A DNA stretch of 64,000 bases, from the IMG/VR virus record IMGVR_UViG_3300013104_000004, positions 1-64,000 of that record, one strand, 5' to 3'. Origin of the DNA: a virus. The translations under genes were made by a program, and so were the position numbers. The stretch's first letter is position 1; every line of letters starts with the position of its first letter. The notes beneath the pieces were generated by a model that was not told the DNA's origin, made no database searches, and saw only the letters and a program-made list of their open reading frames with translations. Of this stretch, positions 19,627-29,901 are shown in pieces.

Positions 19627-20330
19627 ACGGTCTCCCCGGACCAGTACTTCTGCGTGCCAGAGCGCCATGCGTCGTCGATGGCGTCGAACTGGGGGATGGC
19701 CTCCGTGCGGATCCAGTCCACGATGTCAGCCTCTGTCTCGATGCCGACCTTTGTGCGCTCCACGGCGTTCGAGCGGTCGAACGTGCCGACGATGCTCTTC
19801 AGGCGGTTGAAGAGCACCAGGGCCTCGATGACCTGCTTGTTGCGGTGGACCCCGAACTCCTTGGCCCGGATCAGCAGGTTCTTGACGAAGTCCGCGGGGG
19901 AGTCCATCTGGGAGTCGCGCACCGCGCGCGTCATGCCCAGGTCGTTCTTGATCTGCGCGATGACCTTCGCCGCGTCGTTCTTGTTGCGGCGGTACTGCTC
20001 CTCGATGGCCGGCGCGAGGTCGTAGTCGTCGTAGCTCTTGCCCTTGCCCAGCTGGACCGTCCAGCGGTAGTCGAGCAGCTCCTGGAACAGGAGCCGGTCG
20101 AGGTCCGCCAGGTCCGTGGCCGCCGTGAACTTGTTCTCGGCGAGGTACTTCTTCTGCTGGTCCTGGTAGAACTTCCGCTCGTCGGCGGTTGCTACCTCAA
20201 AGCTGCCGCCCGAGGGCTGCTGGACCTTGAACACCTGCGCCCTGCCGCGCGTCGGCGGCGCAATCGGCTTCTCGGCGGCCGGCGCTACTGTCGCCACGGC
20301 CTTCCTGCGCCCACTTCCCGTACCACCCAT
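19623..20330 (-). CDS. Candidate terminase small subunit
   Basis: Starts MGGTGSGR and contains an LGMTRAVR motif like TerS proteins; two genes upstream of terL. Confidence 0.5.
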   Translation of the reverse strand: MGGTGSGRRKAVATVAPAAEKPIAPPTRGRAQVFKVQQPSGGSFEVATADERKFYQDQQKKYLAENKFTAATDLADLDRLLFQELLDYRWTVQLGKGKSYDDYDLAPAIEEQYRRNKNDAAKVIAQIKNDLGMTRAVRDSQMDSPADFVKNLLIRAKEFGVHRNKQVIEALVLFNRLKSIVGTFDRSNAVERTKVGIETEADIVDWIRTEAIPQFDAIDDAWRSGTQKYWSGETV

Positions 20331-20370
20331 CTCGCGGACGGTAGCGGCTTCTCGGAAGTTGTCCAGCGGC

Positions 20371-21183
20371 TCACCCGAAGTAGTCGGAGAACTCCTTGCG
20401 ACCCCTGTTCAGCGCGCCCGTGGCGATGTTCACCCAGCTCGCGAGGTAGCGCGGGTCCTTGGCCTGGCTCAGCAGCCTGGTCACATGCCGGGCCTCCATG
20501 TCGACTGTCGGGACCGGCCACGCCTTCGTTCCGGCCGGCACGAGGTCGCGCGCGAACGCGATGCCGTCCGCGAGGGAGCGCAGCGAGTCCGCCCACAGGC
20601 CGAGCATCTGCTGGCGCGCGGCCTCCTCCATCTCGACGCCGAGCCCCCGGCGCCCATCGAAGAGGTTCGCCATGGCGATCGTGAAGAACGACACCATCCC
20701 CGGGGATGCCGGCGTGCACAGCGGCACGACGACGCCGCTCAGGCCCTTGGCGCGCATCACGACGGCGAGGACATCCCCCGCGCGCCCGTCGAACCCAGCC
20801 AGCGTCCCCGGCGAGAGCCACGGAAGCCCCTCGTGGCCCGACGGGGTCTCGCCCGCAGTTGGGACGTACAGCGCGCCGTCAGGCAGCGGCATGTCGAACT
20901 CTCCGCCCCTGCTCGGCGTCACGACGAAGCGCAGATCGTGCCTGGCGAACTCCGACAGGTCCCGCGTCGCGAGTCGGCCGGCCTCGGCCGCGGTCTTCAC
21001 CGAGAGCACCTGGCGCGCAGCGGCCACCGGTGCCGCCCGCCTCGGCACCACGGTCGGCGGCGTCCAGGCCTGCGGCCCATTGATCGCCTGGTTCAGGAAT
21101 GACCGGATGTTGTGCCGCGTCTCGGCCGCCGGCGGCACGACGCGGTTACGAGGGGGATGGACCATGTCGCACAGCATCGCCAC
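20371..21183 (-). CDS. Hypothetical protein
   Basis: 270 aa ORF with protein-like composition; start uncertain. Confidence 0.55.
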   Translation of the reverse strand: MAMLCDMVHPPRNRVVPPAAETRHNIRSFLNQAINGPQAWTPPTVVPRRAAPVAAARQVLSVKTAAEAGRLATRDLSEFARHDLRFVVTPSRGGEFDMPLPDGALYVPTAGETPSGHEGLPWLSPGTLAGFDGRAGDVLAVVMRAKGLSGVVVPLCTPASPGMVSFFTIAMANLFDGRRGLGVEMEEAARQQMLGLWADSLRSLADGIAFARDLVPAGTKAWPVPTVDMEARHVTRLLSQAKDPRYLASWVNIATGALNRGRKEFSDYFG

Positions 21184-21234
21184 CCGCGGGCCTGGACTCC
21201 AAGCCCTGGCCGAGATGCCGCCGTCAGCACGTGC

Positions 21235-21903
21235 TTACGGCGCGCGAGCCGGCACCCGGGACTCGGCGAGCAGCTGGAGGAACGGCGCAACCAGCGCGCG
21301 CCACGCCAGGGGTGCCGCGGCCTCATCCCGCTCCACAGGCTCCACGGCGCGGCCCAGAGCCTCGCGCAGCGCCTTCAGCACCACCGGGGACGCCTGGACC
21401 AGGCCACGACGCTTCCTGGCCGAGTACAGGCGCATGCGCTGCACATGGTTCCGCAGCCGCCGCGCGCCCCACTCCTCCTTGCAGGCCGCGCCGGCCTCGG
21501 CGCCGCACCGCGGGCACCCCACCGACCAGAACACCCGCCGGCGCAGCTCCGTCACGCGCGAGAGCACACGCACCGGCAGCACGCGGGTCTTCGGCGACTT
21601 CGGCGGCACGTACTCCGCGATGCACTGCCAGTGGCCGTACGTGTTCAGGCCCACCGGGCGGATCTGCTCGCCGCGCTCGATCTTCTCGTCGCACAGCGCA
21701 CACCAGCTCTGGCGGCGCGCCACGAACGCACGCCCCGGGCGACTGGGCGAGAAGCCCTCAAATCGCCCATCCGAGATGGTCTGCACCACTGTCCTAACCG
21801 GGGAGCCACCTCTACCATGGAGATGGCTTCGTCCCACACCTGATCCGAAGTCCACAGCCCCGGTCGTTGGCGCGACGCGGGGCTTCTTCTTGCCCTGCTG
21901 CAC
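21235..21903 (-). CDS. Basic zinc-finger protein
   Basis: CALC...HWQC and CPRCGA...C...H motifs; start uncertain. Confidence 0.5.
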   Translation of the reverse strand: MQQGKKKPRVAPTTGAVDFGSGVGRSHLHGRGGSPVRTVVQTISDGRFEGFSPSRPGRAFVARRQSWCALCDEKIERGEQIRPVGLNTYGHWQCIAEYVPPKSPKTRVLPVRVLSRVTELRRRVFWSVGCPRCGAEAGAACKEEWGARRLRNHVQRMRLYSARKRRGLVQASPVVLKALREALGRAVEPVERDEAAAPLAWRALVAPFLQLLAESRVPARAP

Positions 21904-22088
21904 TCACCCCGCGCGCTCGCGCACGCGCTATGAGTAGTAGTTCATCTACGGGGGAGTCAGTCTTGACTCGCTTTCAGCCTGTTCTAGCAAGAACATTCGA
22001 GGACCCCGTGTGTCGGAGGATTGCACGCGTTCAGACGCTTCGCCAGCGCCGCACCGAAACTCGTCCGAGATTCGCCAGAACAGCGCCC

Positions 22089-22137
22089 TGAGCACCCGCC
22101 CACAGCGGCACAACCGCTCAGCACCTGCCACACGCGG
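22089..22137 (+). promoter_or_regulatory. Tandem copies of the operator-like motif T(G/C)AGCAC(C/G)TGCnCACAGCGG
   Basis: tgagcacccgcccacagcgg (22089) and tcagcacctgccacacgcgg (22118), upstream of the plus-strand island. Related copies at 6491, 33858, 35445, 40348 and 45319. Confidence 0.6.
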
Positions 22138-22231
22138 CAAGGGCCCTCCTGGCTGGATTCGAGGCCACCGGGAGAGCCAGCATCTTCACCGGAGGCGCCC
22201 CACCACGGCGCCATTGACCGTGAGGAGCAGC

Positions 22232-24514
22232 ATGAGCATCGAGCAGCACGTCCACATCAACCTGGACCTCGGCGACGCCGTCGTCGCAGGCGGCCAAGCC
22301 CTGTACGAGGCCCAGGTCCGCCCCTACGTCGAGGACAGCCCCACCTGGGACGAGATCCCGACCGACCACAAGCACACCTACTGCGAGCGGGCGCTCCCCA
22401 TCATCGAGGCCGCAGGCAGCCAGCTCATCGGTGGCATCATCCGCGGGCTCGCCGGCTGGCTGACCGAGCTCGGCGACATGACCGCGGCGGAGGCGGCCCA
22501 GCTCCTGCGACTGGAGGAGGTGGCCTGATGGCGATCCAGCTCATCACGAAGGTGAAGGTCCGCCGCTACACCTGCGACGCGTGCGGGAAGGTCGAGAACG
22601 TCCTCGTCGAGCCTGGCGTCACGGAGGAGGAGAACAGTGGCTTCAGCGGCCACACGAAGCAGACCGGCCTGGGGGTGGCCGGCGCCGTTGCCAGCGACTG
22701 GTGGGCGTGCTCCGCGAAGTGCATCGGCAAGGCCGTCGAGAACGCGCTGGTGGCTTCGTGACCACTGGAACCGGCGTCGGGACCGCGACGCGCCACGACG
22801 TGAAGGCCGCGAGTGTCGTCGGCGAGGTGCTCTTCACGCTCCGCAACGAGGCTGGCCGGCTGGCGGAGGCCCTGCGCCCTCACGTCGAGGCGGCCCAGCA
22901 GTACCTCGACCATCTGGAAGAGCTCGCGGCAGTCGCGGAAGGCGCCGCCGAGCTCTTCGACGCATCCGCCTACAGCGACCGAGAGTTCGGGCAGGCGTTC
23001 GTCCCAGCGGAGTCAGGGCTGATCCGGCCGGACAGGCCGAACGGTGGCCGCAGACCCGAGGCGGAAGTCGTTGACGAGGTCGAGCGCGCGCGCGAGGCCG
23101 GCCGGCGTGCGATCAAGGTGCATGAGGCGATCCCGTACAACCACAAGCTGACGGACAACGAGATCCGCGAGCACGTCGGCCGCGCTGCACTGGGGATCGA
23201 GGCCACCGATGCCTGACGTCGACGAGACCCACGCCACGGTCACGCGCTACATGCAACCCTGGCGCGAGTGGCGCTCGGAGTGCCCCTGCGGGTGGACCGG
23301 CTCGTACGTGGCCACCGAGTCCGCCGCGCGCGCAGAGGCGGTCGAGCACGTCCGCACAGAGGCCGGCGCCTGATGGGCAGCTCGCGGCACTACACGCTGA
23401 AGAAGATGCTCCTGACCGACGGCCAGGCCCGCGTCCTCGTTGAAGCCCTGAAGCAGTTCGAGGAGCGCGAGATGGACCACGGCAGCCCCGAAGAGGGCGA
23501 CGTCGCGCTCACGCTGCGGCGCAAGATCAAGCAGCACCTCGCCACGTTCCAGTGGGTGGAGGCGTGAGCGTCCGCGCCGGTCGCCAGCTGCGCGAGGCGA
23601 TCCGAGTCGAGCGAGAGCTCGCGGCGGATGACGACGGGACGGGCCTCGGCCTCTGCCCCTACCTCCGCGGCGTCGGCGAGAAGACCTGCCAGTCGGGCTG
23701 CTGGGAAGAGCCGCGGTGCCAGACCGACATGCCCGTCCTCGGGTGGCCCAAGCCGTGGGTCATCGGGGACAAGCGGCGCCGGACACACCGGCGCCGGCAC
23801 ACGAACGGAGGGTGGAGATGGTGACCGAGCTTTCGACGGAGGCGCCGAGCACGCTTGATGCGGCGCTCGCGTACGCCCGGCGCTACTGGCAGTTCGGGCA
23901 GGAGCCCGAGACCCAGGCGGCGCTGACGGTGCTGCTCCAGCACATCGAGCGCGAGCAGAGTGCCGCGGACGAGTGGGGCGTCATGTGGCAGACGTGGGCC
24001 ACCGCCGACGGCAGCCCCCATGACATTTGCCGCTCGCGCGAGATCGCCGAGCATGTAGCAGCGGCCGATCGGCACGCCACGGGCATCCCGGGCGTCGTCA
24101 TGCACCGCACGGTCACCCGCTGGCGCCCCGCGGCGAAGGAGGGGCGATGAGCAAGACCGCGAACATCAAGGTGCGCCTCACCGCCCACCAGTACGGCGTC
24201 CTGCTCGCCTCGCTCGGAGAGCAGGAGCACGCGGACTCGCCGCAGATCGCCGCGACCGCACGCGCGCTCGTCGACAAGATCGTGGCGGGCACGAAGTGGG
24301 CGCCAATGAGGAAGACCGACTGATGGCCAAGAAGCCCGAGCTCCCACCCGCCGACGAGGCCGCATACCTGCGCTGGCTCGCCGACGACCTCCAGGACAAC
24401 GGCACCGGGAACCTCACCTGGCGGCTCGTCACCGCGTCGGTGCTCACCGCACGTGCCGACAAGCTCGCGCCGGCCAATCGTGCGCGCCCGAAGGGGAACG
24501 CACGTGAGGGGTAA
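22232..24514 (+). other. Cluster of nine small coupled hypothetical genes (22232-22528, 22528-22761, 22758-23216, 23209-23373, 23373-23567, 23564-23824, 23818-24150, 24147-24323, 24323-24514)
   Basis: Start/stop overlaps (mostly ATGA/GTGA/TGATG) and GGAG-type RBSs; several carry CxxC motifs. Confidence 0.65.
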
Positions 24515-25313
24515 GGCCGGCTCCGTCGCGCCGCACGGGACCAACGCGCGGGCGAAGCGAGGCTGCCTATGCGCCCCGTGCGTAGCCGCGCGCTTGCGGT
24601 ACGAGAAGACAGTCCGGCTGGAGCGCGCTCAGGGGCGGTCCCGCAAGGTGCCCGCCGCCGATGCCCGGCGGGCAATGTGTGAGGCGATGGAGGCCAACCA
24701 CCTGCGTCTGGTGGACATCGCGCGGGCGTCCGGTGTCAGCACCATGGCGCTGCGGGCGCTCGATAAGGGCGACGTGCAGTGGGTCCAGCGCGACACCTAC
24801 GAGCGGCTCCGGAAGCTCCCGAAGCTCACCGTCGACGACAGCCGGCACGTGCCGATGGCCGCGACGGCCATCCGGGTGCACGCGCTCCAGGCCGAGGGCT
24901 GGGGGCTGCGCGACCTTGCGCGCGAAGGGATGTACGCGAACATCCTCCAGGGCAACCCGCCCGAGATCCGCCTGGGCCGCGCGCGCACCGTCATCGAGCT
25001 CGTGCAGCGCCTGGGCGCCGGCCCGAGCGTGAAGGGGGCTACGGCGGCGCGCACCAAGGGCTGGCCGCCACGGGAGGCCTACGACCGTGATCTCCTGCTC
25101 GACCCGCTCTGGGATGGCGTCGGCGGGCTGCTGGACGAGCAGGACGAGGCCACCGGCGACGAGATCGAGCACGAGTTCCTCCACCTCGTGCGAACGGGCA
25201 CCGGCCCCTATGAGGCCGGCGCCCGTGTCGGACGATCGAAGGAGTGGGTGCGGAGCAAGGTCACGAAGCGCCACCCGTGGGTCAAGGAGCTCCTGCCCGG
25301 CCGCTGGGACTAG
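24504..25313 (+). CDS. Multi-HTH DNA-binding protein with N-terminal HGT...GCxCxxC motif
   Basis: PHGTNARAKRGCLCAPC, LVDIARASGVSTMAL HTH, plus further HTH-like segments. Confidence 0.7.
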   Translation: MRGKAGSVAPHGTNARAKRGCLCAPCVAARLRYEKTVRLERAQGRSRKVPAADARRAMCEAMEANHLRLVDIARASGVSTMALRALDKGDVQWVQRDTYERLRKLPKLTVDDSRHVPMAATAIRVHALQAEGWGLRDLAREGMYANILQGNPPEIRLGRARTVIELVQRLGAGPSVKGATAARTKGWPPREAYDRDLLLDPLWDGVGGLLDEQDEATGDEIEHEFLHLVRTGTGPYEAGARVGRSKEWVRSKVTKRHPWVKELLPGRWD

Positions 25314-25318
25314 GCCGC

Positions 25319-26722
25319 TCAGGGTGCGAGGCGAACCCAGATCGGCGAGTACGCGACCTCGAAGTACGGCACCTGGCGCACGGCGTTCGCCGCCGCGACG
25401 AAGCGCATCTGGCGGTGCTCCTCGGTGGTGTTGACGTCCGCAGGGAACGGGTACATCGAGACCGCCAGGCCGATCTCCGAGCCGAGGTCGCCCCGGGCTA
25501 CGGCATGCGGGGGGTATGCGCCGGCCAGCGAGACCGGGAAGTGCCCATAGGTGTTCCCCACAGTCGCAGCGCGCATCGAACTCTCGGGCACAGCGACCAC
25601 CCCGGCCGGCTTCGTGGCCCAGGTGACCGTCGCCGGGTCCCAGCCGGCGGGGTCCAGGCCGTAGATCCGCAGGCTCGTGCTGCCGTCGCTGTACTGGTCC
25701 TCGTTTCGGTACAAGCGCAGCGTCAGGGCGGACGGGTACAGCTGGCTCACCGCAGGGATCGCAGCGCGCAGCAGCAGGATGCTCATCGCGAGATAGCCGG
25801 CCTCCCCCTTCGCCGTCGGCGGCACCCGCACGAACCACGTCGGATCCGCCGAAGTGTTCGACGCGGGCGCGTCGGGATCAATGACCGAGCCGGCCGCCAA
25901 CACCTTCGACGCGACACCGCCCGCGGAGGCCGTCGTCGGATTTGGAATGGGCCCCGGCGCCCACGACGCCGCAGCTGGCGCGTCGACCGTCGCGGCGTAC
26001 AGGACGCCCTGGTACGAGACGAGCGACCCCTTGGAATAGGGGGCGCCAGGCGCCCACGGCCCCTCGAAGTGCAGCCCGGACTCTCCAGGGGGCCCCTGGG
26101 GACCGGCCGCTCCGCGCGGCCCATCTGCGCCATCGGCCCCCCGCGGGCCCGCCGCCAGCGCCCCCATGCTCACCCAGCCGGAGGTCGACATCACCCACAT
26201 CTCGGCGCCGACGACATACGCGTCGTTGGTCGGCGCTCCTGCCGGCAGGTCGGCCTGCGAGCTCAGCTGGCCGCGGAACGCGAACGAGGTCCCGTTCACG
26301 CCATCCGCGCCGGCCGGGCCTCGGGGGCCATCCGCGCCGGCCGGGCCTTCTGGACCCTCAGGGCCCGGGTCGCCCTGCGGCCCCTGAGGGCCGTCCGCGC
26401 CCTGCAGCGGCGGGAGCGCGAGCCAGCCGCTGTCCAGGGTCCACACCATCGCGCCCGTGTCGCGCAGGTACGCGTCCCCAGGCGTGGCGTCCGTAGGTAG
26501 CGCCGCCGGCGAGTCAATGCGCCCGCGCAGCGTCACGCCACCGACGCCAGCCGGCCCCGGCTCGCCCCGTGCGCCCTCCGGCCCGCGAGGCCCTTCGGGG
26601 CCGACGCCGTACCGCGCCTCGTACTCACCCTCGCTGCCGGGGGTCCACAAGGCGTTCTGGTAGATGACGGGACCCGACGCTTCGGCGGGCAGCTCGGCAA
26701 CTACAGGCAGGTGTCTCGGCAT
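25319..26722 (-). CDS. Collagen-like tail fibre / minor tail protein with putative C-terminal carbohydrate-binding domain
   Basis: Several G-X-Y tracts. C-terminal LTLRLY...WDPATVTWATKP resembles DNRLRE/CBM96-type domains. Confidence 0.75.
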   Translation of the reverse strand: MPRHLPVVAELPAEASGPVIYQNALWTPGSEGEYEARYGVGPEGPRGPEGARGEPGPAGVGGVTLRGRIDSPAALPTDATPGDAYLRDTGAMVWTLDSGWLALPPLQGADGPQGPQGDPGPEGPEGPAGADGPRGPAGADGVNGTSFAFRGQLSSQADLPAGAPTNDAYVVGAEMWVMSTSGWVSMGALAAGPRGADGADGPRGAAGPQGPPGESGLHFEGPWAPGAPYSKGSLVSYQGVLYAATVDAPAAASWAPGPIPNPTTASAGGVASKVLAAGSVIDPDAPASNTSADPTWFVRVPPTAKGEAGYLAMSILLLRAAIPAVSQLYPSALTLRLYRNEDQYSDGSTSLRIYGLDPAGWDPATVTWATKPAGVVAVPESSMRAATVGNTYGHFPVSLAGAYPPHAVARGDLGSEIGLAVSMYPFPADVNTTEEHRQMRFVAAANAVRQVPYFEVAYSPIWVRLAP

Positions 26723-26745
26723 GCCCAGAGCATCGACTGGGCGTG

Positions 26746-26931
26746 CTACCGAGGCCAGAGCTGACCGGAGGTCGGTGCGTCGTCAACGACGATCCCGGCC
26801 TTCGTCAGCCACCACATGAGGGACCCGCCGGCGCCAGCTGCCACGGCAGAACCGACACGGGAGCCGATGTTCTCGGGGTCGTCATCGGCGTTGCGGACAT
26901 CCGCCCAGATGCGCCACTCGGTCACGGCCAT
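26746..26931 (-). CDS. Small tail-fibre-associated protein
   Basis: 61 aa ending GQLWPR, directly after the upstream gene. Confidence 0.5.
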   Translation of the reverse strand: MAVTEWRIWADVRNADDDPENIGSRVGSAVAAGAGGSLMWWLTKAGIVVDDAPTSGQLWPR

Positions 26932-26932
26932 G

Positions 26933-27910
26933 TCACTCCCACCTGATCGCAAGGCCCGTGTTCGAGTTCGTGCTCATGGACGTGCTCGTCGCGTTGGACG
27001 CGAGACCGTAGCCTGCATGGCCCTCCGCGATCGGAATCGCACGGTACTTGCGCGAGGAGCCCAGGGCGTAGGCCGTGAACACACCAGACGGGGCGTCTCC
27101 ACCGGAGAAGGTGAGCCCGGTCAGGCACTGAAACGGGGTGATGCCGGGGACGAAGATGATCCACGGCCACACGGGGCCGATGGTCCCCGCCGCGACGGAC
27201 GTCGATGTGGACAGGGCGACCCCATTGACGAGTGCGGGGACAAGGACGGGGATTGCGCCCGCTGCGGACTTCGACGGGTCGGCGTAGTTCACAGCCTCGT
27301 AGGCAGCACTGTTGGGCTGTGACCCCGGCAGGGAGTTGTAGATGCCTGTGGTGACAAGCACGAGGGCGTCGACGGTCGCGATGCCGGTATCGTCCCGCGA
27401 CCGTTCGAGGATGAAGCCAGGCTGCTGGCGTCCCGTGAAGCCTTCCGCGAAGGGCATCAGGGCGAGGCAACACCCATCACCGCTAGATGCGTAGCCGGTG
27501 CCAGTGCCCGACGGGTTCATGGTCGCGGAGTTGCCAGACAAGCCAGTCCTCCGGGAGAACAGAACGTTCGTGATGTTCCCCGCCCCGTCGGAACCCTTGC
27601 CGACGGTGATCCAAAGCCCCGGCACGGTATTGCCACCGGAGGTGGTGCCAGATCCATACTCCAGCTTGAAGAACACGGGCGCGACGCCCTGTAGAGCATC
27701 GTCAAACCGCCAGATCTCGTATCCGGCAGTCACCCCGGCTCCAGATGGGGCGAGCATGGTAGAGATCGTGACCTGCCCCGTGTCCGAGGTCTGCACCATC
27801 CCCACCGCAGTCAGCGCGTCATGGACCTTCTGAACCCACGCCCGGATCGGCCCGCCCGTGCCGGCAGCACCGTTGTCCGCAACGAGCAAGGACATAGTGG
27901 CGGTGGTCAT
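26933..27910 (-). CDS. Minor tail / receptor-binding protein
   Basis: 325 aa, Gly/Thr-rich, in the fibre module; more A/T-ending codons than the flanks. Confidence 0.65.
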   Translation of the reverse strand: MTTATMSLLVADNGAAGTGGPIRAWVQKVHDALTAVGMVQTSDTGQVTISTMLAPSGAGVTAGYEIWRFDDALQGVAPVFFKLEYGSGTTSGGNTVPGLWITVGKGSDGAGNITNVLFSRRTGLSGNSATMNPSGTGTGYASSGDGCCLALMPFAEGFTGRQQPGFILERSRDDTGIATVDALVLVTTGIYNSLPGSQPNSAAYEAVNYADPSKSAAGAIPVLVPALVNGVALSTSTSVAAGTIGPVWPWIIFVPGITPFQCLTGLTFSGGDAPSGVFTAYALGSSRKYRAIPIAEGHAGYGLASNATSTSMSTNSNTGLAIRWE

Positions 27911-29031
27911 GTGTTCTCCCAGGTGATCGTCACGTCAGCCGCACCATCGGTGTACGTGTAGAAGGCCGCCCCGTCGCGGGCGATGCCCGGCACCGGGTTG
28001 AGCCACAGCGTCCCGGCGGTCGTGAACAGGACATCGACCAGGACTGCGTCCCCGACTGGCTTCGTGAGGGCGTTGCGGGCGACATCTGCGGCACGCTGCG
28101 CGGTTGACCGGTAGAGCCGGAACCGCACCGCGGCAGACGCCGTGATCGCCACGACGCGAGCAGCTGGGCCGAGGGCCGCCGACCCGTTCCCGGTTGCGCC
28201 CGCCAGGGTGGTGTCGGTGCGCGTGACCGTCGCGCCATCCGTCCATTCGATGTCGTAGTCGTCCGCCGAACGCTTCCGCGGCATCTGGTGCGTGGCGCCA
28301 CCAGGCGGCAGGCCGGGGCCAGCGGGGCCAGTCTCACCCCGCGCGCCAGGCGAGCCCGTGTCGCCCTTGACCCCCGGAGGGCCCTGCGGTCCCTCGGCAC
28401 CCCTCTCGCCGGCATCGCCCTTCGCGCCAGGCAGGCCCTGCGGGCCGGCGGGACCCTCCTGGGCGAGCACCGCCCAGTACTCGCTCGATGCACCCTCGGC
28501 GGGCTCCTGGCCCACGGAAGGGGCGATGGCGAAGAACGAGGACACGATCCCGTTGACGCCGCCATAGGACACCGCGTCGTCGACCTCATAGGCGGCGTCT
28601 GCCGCCCACGTGCCGCGCCACGTCAGGCCGGCGGGGCCCACGGGGCCCGGGTCGCCCTTCGCGCCATCCTGGCCCGCGACACCGGGATCTCCCTTCGCGC
28701 CATCGGCTCCACGGGGTCCCCGCTCGCCCGCCACGCCTGGCGCGCCAGTGGCGCCACGCTCACCCTGGATGCCCTGGGGGCCACGCTCGCCCTGCGGCCC
28801 CTCGGGCCCCTCGGGGCCGATGTCACCCTGGATGCCCTGGGGGCCATCGGGTCCTTCGGGACCCTCCGGCCCACGCTCCCCGGTGGGCCCCTCGGGACCC
28901 GGGCGGCCGGCCGGGCCCTCCACGGTGACCACGACGGTCTCATCGATGTCGGCCTCGACCACGAAGACATCGTCGGCACCTGCCGACAGCGCCCCGTCAT
29001 CGACGACCGTGAAGTCCAGCGTCTCGCTCAT
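27907..29031 (-). CDS. Collagen-like tail fibre protein
   Basis: Long G-X-Y repeats flanking a WRGTW...Y...DAVSY...W module. Confidence 0.8.
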   Translation of the reverse strand: MSETLDFTVVDDGALSAGADDVFVVEADIDETVVVTVEGPAGRPGPEGPTGERGPEGPEGPDGPQGIQGDIGPEGPEGPQGERGPQGIQGERGATGAPGVAGERGPRGADGAKGDPGVAGQDGAKGDPGPVGPAGLTWRGTWAADAAYEVDDAVSYGGVNGIVSSFFAIAPSVGQEPAEGASSEYWAVLAQEGPAGPQGLPGAKGDAGERGAEGPQGPPGVKGDTGSPGARGETGPAGPGLPPGGATHQMPRKRSADDYDIEWTDGATVTRTDTTLAGATGNGSAALGPAARVVAITASAAVRFRLYRSTAQRAADVARNALTKPVGDAVLVDVLFTTAGTLWLNPVPGIARDGAAFYTYTDGAADVTITWENT

Positions 29032-29435
29032 GCCGCGTCCCGCGTGATGTTCGGGGAGAGGGTGATGTCGCCCTCGATGACGCGGGTCACGTCACCCGAC
29101 GGCCATACCAGCTCCAAGTCGTACTTCGCGGAGCGGCGCGGCTTCAGGGGATCGTCCGTCACGCCGAGCGCATCGGTCTGCTCCGCCGAGGCGATGATCT
29201 GGATCCGGCCATCGGCGCCACCGACGACGAGCCCGCCGTTCTCCGTGGTGAGCTCCAAGAGCACGTCCGTGCCGTACTTCGCGCGGAGCTGCATCCTGGC
29301 CGTGCAGCCGGTGATGTCGCGGGGGAGGGGCGGCAGGGGAGCCGCCTCCGTGGATTCCGGGTTCGAGCGCGCCCAGACGAACGCGCACCGGTACGTCTGG
29401 CCCTGGAGCCACAGCATGCTGACCGTCTTCGCCAT
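29028..29435 (-). CDS. Fibre-attachment/baseplate-upper-like protein
   Basis: QGQT...DITGCTARMQLR...KYDLEL...VIEG.ITLSP pattern typical of phage fibre adaptors. Confidence 0.65.
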   Translation of the reverse strand: MAKTVSMLWLQGQTYRCAFVWARSNPESTEAAPLPPLPRDITGCTARMQLRAKYGTDVLLELTTENGGLVVGGADGRIQIIASAEQTDALGVTDDPLKPRRSAKYDLELVWPSGDVTRVIEGDITLSPNITRDAA

Positions 29436-29520
29436 GCCCAGACAGATCGACCCCGGCCCTCAGGAGAGAGAGCCGGGGTCGCTGTTGCGGACTCCGCAAC
29501 AGCGGAGTCCCATGATCGCG

Positions 29521-29898
29521 CTAGTCGAAGCTCTTCTCGCCCTCGCGGACCACGGTCGCACCCGAGGCTCGCAGCTCCGCGACGAGCGCCGTGAGCTCCT
29601 GGATCTGCGCAGCAGCCTCAGTCGGCGACGTGACCTTGTCGCGGCCCTCCAGGAGGTTCTGCAGCTTGCTGACGACGCCGACGAGCGCGGCCCCCGTGGC
29701 CCCGATCGCCGCGACGAGGCCCGGCGTGACCGTCACGGCCGGGTTCACCTGGTGGAGCACGGCGTTCACGGCGTCCGCCACCGGCGGGATGGCCACCGCG
29801 ACCGCGCCGGCGCCCGCCGCGTAGAGCCCCTGCAGCACCGTGCGCAGCGCGCGGCGCGTCGACTCCTTCGCGGCGTTCAGGTTGAGGTGCTTGGCCAT
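29521..29898 (-). CDS. Holin
   Basis: Two hydrophobic helices with RRALRTVLQG and SKLQN motifs; adjacent to the endolysin. Confidence 0.75.
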   Translation of the reverse strand: MAKHLNLNAAKESTRRALRTVLQGLYAAGAGAVAVAIPPVADAVNAVLHQVNPAVTVTPGLVAAIGATGAALVGVVSKLQNLLEGRDKVTSPTEAAAQIQELTALVAELRASGATVVREGEKSFD

Positions 29899-29901
29899 GT
29901 G

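Noticed and set aside
25319-29031. Diversity-generating retroelement or invertible tail-fibre switch
   Set aside because: No reverse transcriptase, TR/VR pair or invertase seen; the repeats are collagen G-X-Y codons.
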